Assembly (NCBI GenBank): GCA_018817905.1
Contig: JAHISS010000087.1
Coordinates: 985-64,984, forward strand
Length of the DNA: 64,000 bases
Direction of reading: 5' to 3'
From: Nanobdellota archaeon
Lineage (GTDB): Archaea; Nanobdellota; Nanobdellia; Pacearchaeales; GW2011-AR1
A program made the translations under genes and the position numbers. The notes beneath the pieces were generated by a model. That model was not told the DNA's origin and did no database searches. It was given only the letters and a program-made list of their open reading frames with translations. Positions 59,298-64,000 of this stretch are shown here, one piece after another (position 1 is the first letter of the stretch; each line of letters starts with the position of its first letter).

Positions 59298-59705
59298 ATG
59301 GAAAATAAAATGAAAAAAGGGGTGAAGAGAATAAAAGGATTGAGTTTGCAGGTGATACCGTTTGCAGAAGTTCAGGGCCTGACAATTGCTCAAAGAGTTA
59401 AGAAAATTTTGAGTTTAGTTTTAGGAAATAAGATTGTTATTTTGCATGGAAGGTTAAGGGCGGAGGAAGAGGCGAGATTAATCGAAGATACAATGGCTTT
59501 AGTTGACCATGTTAAGAATTTTAAGGGAATTGAGCTGGCTGTCATTGAACCTGACTTGAGGAATAGAAGTATTTTTATTAAAATGAAATATGGGATTGCG
59601 AAACGGCTTGTCGGAGATAACAGCGCTTTGACAGTTATTGGGCCTGCGACAGTAATTAAGGAAATCAAAAGGGACCCGAAAAGATTAGAACTGATGCTGG
59701 GGTGA
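59298..59705 (+). CDS. conserved archaeal protein (DUF2073-like) coupled to the GTPase
   Basis: 135 aa with a 2-nt gap after the GTPase. The family assignment is from memory of the GTPase/DUF2073/Zn-ribbon gene triad and is not verified. Confidence 0.45.
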   Translation: MENKMKKGVKRIKGLSLQVIPFAEVQGLTIAQRVKKILSLVLGNKIVILHGRLRAEEEARLIEDTMALVDHVKNFKGIELAVIEPDLRNRSIFIKMKYGIAKRLVGDNSALTVIGPATVIKEIKRDPKRLELMLG

Positions 59706-59778
59706 TTTGTGATTTTTTGGATAGGGATTTATTTCTTAATAACTAAATCTTTATTAATTGATTTAACTTCTGAAATGT

Positions 59779-60168
59779 ATGCCTTACAAATGTGTCCACT
59801 GCTCGAAACTTTACGAAGATGGGAGTGAGCAGGTGCTGAAAGGTTGTGACGGCTGCGGACGGAAGTTTTTCTTTTATATTCGGAAAGACCAAGTTGATAA
59901 AATAAGGGAGAATGAAGAGCTTGACGTTGAACTTGATGCTGTGGAAAAAAAACAGATAGAACAAGACGTGCGGGAGATTTCTGGTTTTGAAGACGAAGAA
60001 GTGCCGGTATTCCTTGATTTTGAAAGCGTGAAAGTGATTCGGCCTGGAAAGTATGCTGTGGATTTAGGGAATTTATTTGCTACGAACAAACCAAGAGTTT
60101 ACAAACTGGAAGACGGGAAGTATATCATTGATCTTTCGACAATTAAAATCAGTGAAAGACAAACTTAA
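59779..60168 (+). CDS. Zn-ribbon protein (DUF2072-like)
   Basis: MPYKCVHCSKLYEDGSEQVLKGCDGCGRKFFFYI is a CxxC..CxxC ribbon, followed by an acidic linker. Confidence 0.55.
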   Translation: MPYKCVHCSKLYEDGSEQVLKGCDGCGRKFFFYIRKDQVDKIRENEELDVELDAVEKKQIEQDVREISGFEDEEVPVFLDFESVKVIRPGKYAVDLGNLFATNKPRVYKLEDGKYIIDLSTIKISERQT

Positions 60169-60192
60169 AAGCTTTGAATTCTTTTAAAAGTT

Positions 60193-61458
60193 ATGAACGC
60201 AAAGAGGGTATTGGAAACATTGGATTTTTCTGTTGGCAAGAATGAATTTAATGAGTTAGAAAAAGAAACAAAAAGTTTTTTGAACTTGTTGAAGAAACAG
60301 GTTTCTAAGAAAAAAGTTAATTGTGAAGTTTTTCTCGGGGGAAGTTTTGCAAAAGGAACGCTGGCAAAATCAGAGAGCTATGATGCAGATATTTTTGTGA
60401 GATTTGGCCGTAAGTGCGGAGATTTATCAGATTATTTGGGGAAAATTTTGAAAAACCTTGTGAAAAGAACGGGGATGAAAATTGAGAGATTGCATGGAAG
60501 CAGAGACTATTTTAGGATTAGAAAAAATGAAAAATTAATCTTTGAACTTATTCCTGTCTTGAAAATAAAAAAAATTGTTGAAGCGATGAATGTCATGGAC
60601 TTGAGTTATTTTCATGTGAATTATGTGCGGAGAAATCTGAAAGGTCGACTGAGAAAAGAGGTGAGTTTTGCAAAGAAATTCTGCGAGGCGCAGGGCGTTT
60701 ACGGGGCTGAATCTTACATCAACGGTTTTTCAGGATACGGGCTGGAATGTTTGATAATTCATTTCAAGAGCTTTGAAAAAATGCTAAAAGAATTGATAAA
60801 GATTAAAGACAAAAAACTTGTGATTGATACGAAAAAGTTTTACAAGAAGAAAGGTGATGTTTTTATCGAGTTGAATGAGTCCAAATTGCAGTCGCCAATA
60901 ATTTTAATTGATCCGACGTGGAAAGAAAGGAATGTTTTGGCTTCTTTGAATTGGGAAACGTTTGTGAAGTTTCAAAGCGCTGCAAGAAATTTTTTGAAAA
61001 AACCTTCTGAAAAGTTTTTTTACAAGAAAGAAATTAATGTTTCCCAATTGAAGAAGAAAAATGGTGAGTTTTTGCATCTTGTTTTGGAAACAGACAAACA
61101 AGAAGGAGATATTGCTGGGACAAAGCTAAGAAAGTTTTCTAATTTTTTAATCAGAGAGATTGAGAAATATTTCTACGTTCTTGGGAAAGAATTTGTTTAT
61201 CGCGGAGAAGGAAAAAAGGCAGAACTTTATTTGACTTTGAAATCTCGCGGCGAAGTTTTGAAAAAAGGGCCACCAGTAACGATGAAGAAAGATGCTGTTT
61301 GCTTTAGGAAAAAGAATGAGAAAACAGCAGTTAGGGGTGGGGTTTTATATTGCAAGGTAAAGACTGATTTTTCTGGGAAGGAGTTTTTGAAGAAATTTGT
61401 TAGGAAGAATGAAAAGAAAATTAAGGAGATGGGTGTTGTTGACGTGAGGATAGAGTAA
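60193..61458 (+). CDS. cca: archaeal class I CCA-adding tRNA nucleotidyltransferase
   Basis: 421 aa. VFLGGSFAKGTLAKSESYDADIFVRF, MDLSYFHVNYV, GVYGAESYINGFSGYGLECLIIHF. Confidence 0.85.
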   Translation: MNAKRVLETLDFSVGKNEFNELEKETKSFLNLLKKQVSKKKVNCEVFLGGSFAKGTLAKSESYDADIFVRFGRKCGDLSDYLGKILKNLVKRTGMKIERLHGSRDYFRIRKNEKLIFELIPVLKIKKIVEAMNVMDLSYFHVNYVRRNLKGRLRKEVSFAKKFCEAQGVYGAESYINGFSGYGLECLIIHFKSFEKMLKELIKIKDKKLVIDTKKFYKKKGDVFIELNESKLQSPIILIDPTWKERNVLASLNWETFVKFQSAARNFLKKPSEKFFYKKEINVSQLKKKNGEFLHLVLETDKQEGDIAGTKLRKFSNFLIREIEKYFYVLGKEFVYRGEGKKAELYLTLKSRGEVLKKGPPVTMKKDAVCFRKKNEKTAVRGGVLYCKVKTDFSGKEFLKKFVRKNEKKIKEMGVVDVRIE

Positions 61459-61680
61459 TTCGAAGAGTTTTTCTCTTGTTATGTTTGCTTGTTTGATTAT
61501 GCTGTTTAAAGTTCCTTTTGCTATCTCTCTGTGGAGTGGAACAGGAACAGTAGTCTTTCCCTTTTCTTCGCCTATTTTATTCAGAATTGCATGGCTTCCT
61601 GTTGTTCTTACGTGTTGAAATCCAATCTTAGCCAATGCTTTTATCAGTTCCTTGCCTGAGAGAATTGGCAATTTTGGCAT
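61345..61680 (-). CDS. hicA: HicA-family toxin (C-terminally extended ORF overlapping the cca 3' end)
   Basis: MPKLPILSGKELIKALAKIGFQHVRTTGSHAILNK...VPVPLHREIAKGTLNSIIKQANI is the HicA signature. The ORF continues 114 nt into convergent cca. Confidence 0.8.
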   Translation of the reverse strand: MPKLPILSGKELIKALAKIGFQHVRTTGSHAILNKIGEEKGKTTVPVPLHREIAKGTLNSIIKQANITREKLFELLYPHVNNTHLLNFLFILPNKFLQKLLPRKISLYLAI

Positions 61681-61921
61681 TTTGACTTATCTCGATTACA
61701 GAAAAAAGAGAAGGTTCTGTTGAGATGTTTAATTCAGAATATTTTTCTGGCTGCTCTTCAAGATAAAGTTCAATTGCTTCTTTAATATTTTTGATTGCTT
61801 CTTCTGTTGTAGTTCCTTGGCTGGCAATTCCCAAATTTGTGCAATGAGCTACAAAAACATTTGAATCATCGCTTAGTTTCTCTTTCTTAATTACAATGTC
61901 TGCAAAATATTTTTCTGGCAT
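61628..61921 (-). CDS. hicB: HicB-family antitoxin
   Basis: FVAHCTNLGIASQGTTTEEAIKNIKEAIELYLEE is the HicB/UPF0150 signature. Lies upstream of and overlapping hicA. Confidence 0.8.
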   Translation of the reverse strand: MPEKYFADIVIKKEKLSDDSNVFVAHCTNLGIASQGTTTEEAIKNIKEAIELYLEEQPEKYSELNISTEPSLFSVIEISQNAKIANSLRQGTDKSIG

Positions 61922-61951
61922 GTTTTATCAAAAAGGCGGAGTTATATAAAG

Positions 61952-62386
61952 TTATTCTTTTTTCTTTGGAGGATGTGCTTTGAGGCGGTCTTGGATGTCT
62001 TCTAATCGTTCCTCCGCTACATCTGTAAGACAGAGGTTTGCTACCCATCCTAAAAGCTTCCCCGCGACATAAAGGGCAGCGCCCGCATTTGCATATGGTC
62101 TAAGAGATTCTGGCACGATTGTGTTAGCAAGAGTAAATAGCCCTCCTGTTTTAAGTAACCCTTCTCCTAACGATAACCACATGTACTTGTTAAATCTTTC
62201 AGTTCTTTTCTCTGCCCTATCCTCAACTTCTCCTAAATCTAATTCTGCATTAAGCCTATTCCCTAAATCATCAAGTTTTCTTCCAACAGTTTCGTCAACT
62301 AAACCACCAATTGGAGATTCACTGCCGCAACGCGGACAATATCCATTTCTATTTTGTGTTGCTGGGTCGTATTGTGTTTGTGTCAT
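61952..62386 (-). CDS. hypothetical protein with N-terminal Zn-knuckle and a hydrophobic hairpin (144 aa)
   Basis: Begins MTQTQ. CPRCGSE. Hydrophobic GGLFTLANTIV..AGAALYVAGKLLGWVANL. No family recognised. Confidence 0.5.
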   Translation of the reverse strand: MTQTQYDPATQNRNGYCPRCGSESPIGGLVDETVGRKLDDLGNRLNAELDLGEVEDRAEKRTERFNKYMWLSLGEGLLKTGGLFTLANTIVPESLRPYANAGAALYVAGKLLGWVANLCLTDVAEERLEDIQDRLKAHPPKKKE

Positions 62387-62410
62387 TTTATTTTTCTAAT
62401 TTCCTTTTTT

Positions 62411-62614
62411 TTAAATTTTACTTTTTCCCCGGTAAGGCGGGAGTCCGTAATTTCTTCTGAACTTCTCAATTCTCGGGTTCTCTAAAGTAACAACTCGCGC
62501 ATCTTTTCCAGAGATATCTTCTTCATCGCTACCTATTCGTTTCATTGCTGCGAACATGCTGTCGCCAGCTGCATCAACCCTTGAAGATTTGCTTGTTAAA
62601 ACTATTTTTTTCAT
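62411..62614 (-). CDS. hypothetical small protein (67 aa)
   Basis: Start overlaps (ATGA) the TrmB stop. No family recognised. Confidence 0.45.
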   Translation of the reverse strand: MKKIVLTSKSSRVDAAGDSMFAAMKRIGSDEEDISGKDARVVTLENPRIEKFRRNYGLPPYRGKSKI

Positions 62615-63396
62615 TTACTTCTCCTCCCTACTTGAGATTCTAAAATTCCTGACAAGGATTGCGCAAAGAACGGCGAGTTAAGCCAGATAGCGATTTCTTC
62701 GTCTGCTTTTTCTGAAGTTATCATGAACAAAACTTCTTTTTTGTCTGAAATATACATCCTGGCATCTGAGTCAGTTAAAAACGGTTTGAGGTTTGTTTTG
62801 GCGCTGATTTTTTTAATCTTTTCCGGTGCTCCAGTTAAAGCTAATCTTACATGAATATTATTTTTTGCAGCCTGCTCTAAAGCTGGAAGCAAAACCCTGC
62901 TCTTGTCTTCAAAATCCAAGACAGATGTTGAAATTGAGATTTCTTTTTTTGCGTTTTGAATTAGTTCTCTAACCCTTGAAATGATATTTGACCTTCCCCT
63001 AAGCGAGCCGGTTATTTCATGGGCCTTGACTGGGGCGATTCCTGTTTTGTGCAGTTTTTCAAGTTCTTCGTATTCTGTTGTTTCTTTTAAGGTTCCGAGA
63101 TTTTTTACTTTTTCCTGCGCTTCCTGCATGGCATTTGATTTCATTTTTTCAATAACCTCTGTAGGTTTAACTGCTATGTACTTCACTGGCTTGCCTATTT
63201 TTACTATTGCAAACCCGTGTTTTTCTAAAGATTCGAGGACATCGTAAGTTCTTGACCTTGGAACACCAGAAATTGTTGCAATTTCTCCAGCAGAAGCAAT
63301 TCCCCTTGAAAGCAGAGAAATCCAGACCTTGGTTTCATAAATATTCAAATTAAAGTATTCTTTGATTCTCTTCACAAGTTCATTCTTTACCATCAT
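62611..63396 (-). CDS. TrmB-family transcriptional regulator
   Basis: Track ORF trimmed to MMVKNELVKRIKEYFNLNIYETKVWISLLSRGIASAGEIATISGVPRSRTYDVLESLEKHGF (ATG at 63396). The upstream 97 codons are low-quality read-through. Confidence 0.8.
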   Translation of the reverse strand: MMVKNELVKRIKEYFNLNIYETKVWISLLSRGIASAGEIATISGVPRSRTYDVLESLEKHGFAIVKIGKPVKYIAVKPTEVIEKMKSNAMQEAQEKVKNLGTLKETTEYEELEKLHKTGIAPVKAHEITGSLRGRSNIISRVRELIQNAKKEISISTSVLDFEDKSRVLLPALEQAAKNNIHVRLALTGAPEKIKKISAKTNLKPFLTDSDARMYISDKKEVLFMITSEKADEEIAIWLNSPFFAQSLSGILESQVGRRSK

Positions 63397-63499
63397 ACTG
63401 GAGCAACAATTATTGGGTATATAAAGTTTTCTATTTTGTTGTAACTTGGGGATGACAAGTAATGGGAAGGTTTGAGTATTGAAAGACGTGAAAGGAAAC

Positions 63500-64000
63500 A
63501 TGGCAATTGATGAAAAAATATTAGATGAATCAGAAGAACTCCTCAAGGCAATGAAAAAAGTACAGATGTTTAGCTCAAAATATCGGGGAATCCCAGTTAA
63601 CGAATTGGTACGAGTGATAAATGGGATGAGGTGTTTAGAAGACTCTCTTCCAAATATTACAACGCCAAAAAACGCTGACGAGGCCACAACTAACGAATTG
63701 AAAAGAAGACTTCACGGCGAGGCAGCACATCTTGACCATTGGGTATCAGGAGAGCCATATGACTTCGAAACTGTTGTAGATATTTATAGAATTCCCAAAG
63801 AAGATCTTGAAGAACTGAGACCTTGGTTACTTGAAAACAAAGAGCCCACACAAAAATCAATTGAAAGGTTATTTGGAAAAAGCGATGTTCAAAGTTTTGA
63901 ATTGCCCCTTGCTGCAGATATCCCTAGTGTGAGGCGGGCTGCTGAGGAAGTAGCCAGGACTAAAATTCAACATTATCACAGAGTTATCGGAAGGTACATT
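63500..64000 (+). CDS. hypothetical protein, N-terminal 167 codons (runs off window end)
   Basis: Own translation MAIDEKILDESEELLKAMKKVQMFSSKYRGIPVNELVRVINGMRCLEDSL... is open to the last base. Not in the track because there is no stop. Confidence 0.5.
   Translation, partial: MAIDEKILDESEELLKAMKKVQMFSSKYRGIPVNELVRVINGMRCLEDSLPNITTPKNADEATTNELKRRLHGEAAHLDHWVSGEPYDFETVVDIYRIPKEDLEELRPWLLENKEPTQKSIERLFGKSDVQSFELPLAADIPSVRRAAEEVARTKIQHYHRVIGRYI

Noticed and set aside
1-64000. CRISPR arrays, rRNA genes, tRNA genes, alternative genetic code
   Set aside because: I saw no periodic direct repeats, rRNA-like conserved blocks or cloverleaf candidates on visual inspection of the intergenic regions. All recognised genes terminate at standard stops with no in-frame stop codons. 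This absence is based on reading only, not on covariance-model searches.

Overview
AT-rich archaeal contig. It is most likely from a small-genome DPANN-type archaeon. That is an inference from eL19/eL32/eS4-type r-proteins, aIF1, PCNA, a PriS primase, class-III-signal pilins and very tight gene packing.

Layout:
- 0-3.5 kb: TrmB fragment, DUF106 (YidC-like) insertase, VapBC, a methyltransferase.
- 3.6-5.0 kb: secY.
- 5.1-7.4 kb: two unknown ORFs plus an IS200/IS605-like element, which break the usual L15-secY linkage.
- 7.4-22.8 kb (minus strand): the complete uL3...uL15 ribosomal-protein supercluster.
- 22.9-27.5 kb: copper/heavy-metal island (wHTH regulator, HMA proteins, CopZ, CopA).
- 28.1-28.5 kb: three tandem micro-TM peptides.
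- 29.2-31.5 kb: tandem-Lrp regulator, a 71-aa protein and a radical SAM enzyme, bracketed by a 13-bp direct repeat at the PCNA 3' end.
- 31.5-33.9 kb: PCNA and a fused-type primase.
- 34-38 kb: Cys-rich surface proteins.
- 38.8-43.2 kb: RelE TA pair, a GH3/anchored protein/SNase/YbaK operon, TrxB.
- 43.2-58.6 kb: type IV pilus-like locus with five pilin-like genes, an ATPase, a split platform protein, a beta-helix protein, a Cys-rich protein and a PKD giant protein. An Arm/Rmt(FmrO)-type 16S rRNA methyltransferase homologue sits antisense within it.
- 58.7-64 kb: GTPase triad, CCA-adding enzyme, HicAB, two unknown ORFs, TrmB, and a truncated ORF.

The standout observation is in the r-protein supercluster. 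Thirteen small ORFs (60-146 aa, about 4.1 kb in total) that I cannot assign to any family sit at 12 of its 22 gene junctions. They are translationally coupled to the flanking r-protein genes, and their 3' codons even supply the Shine-Dalgarno sequences of the downstream r-protein genes.

I saw no rRNA, tRNA or CRISPR array by eye. All homology statements come from my own motif recognition, not from searches.
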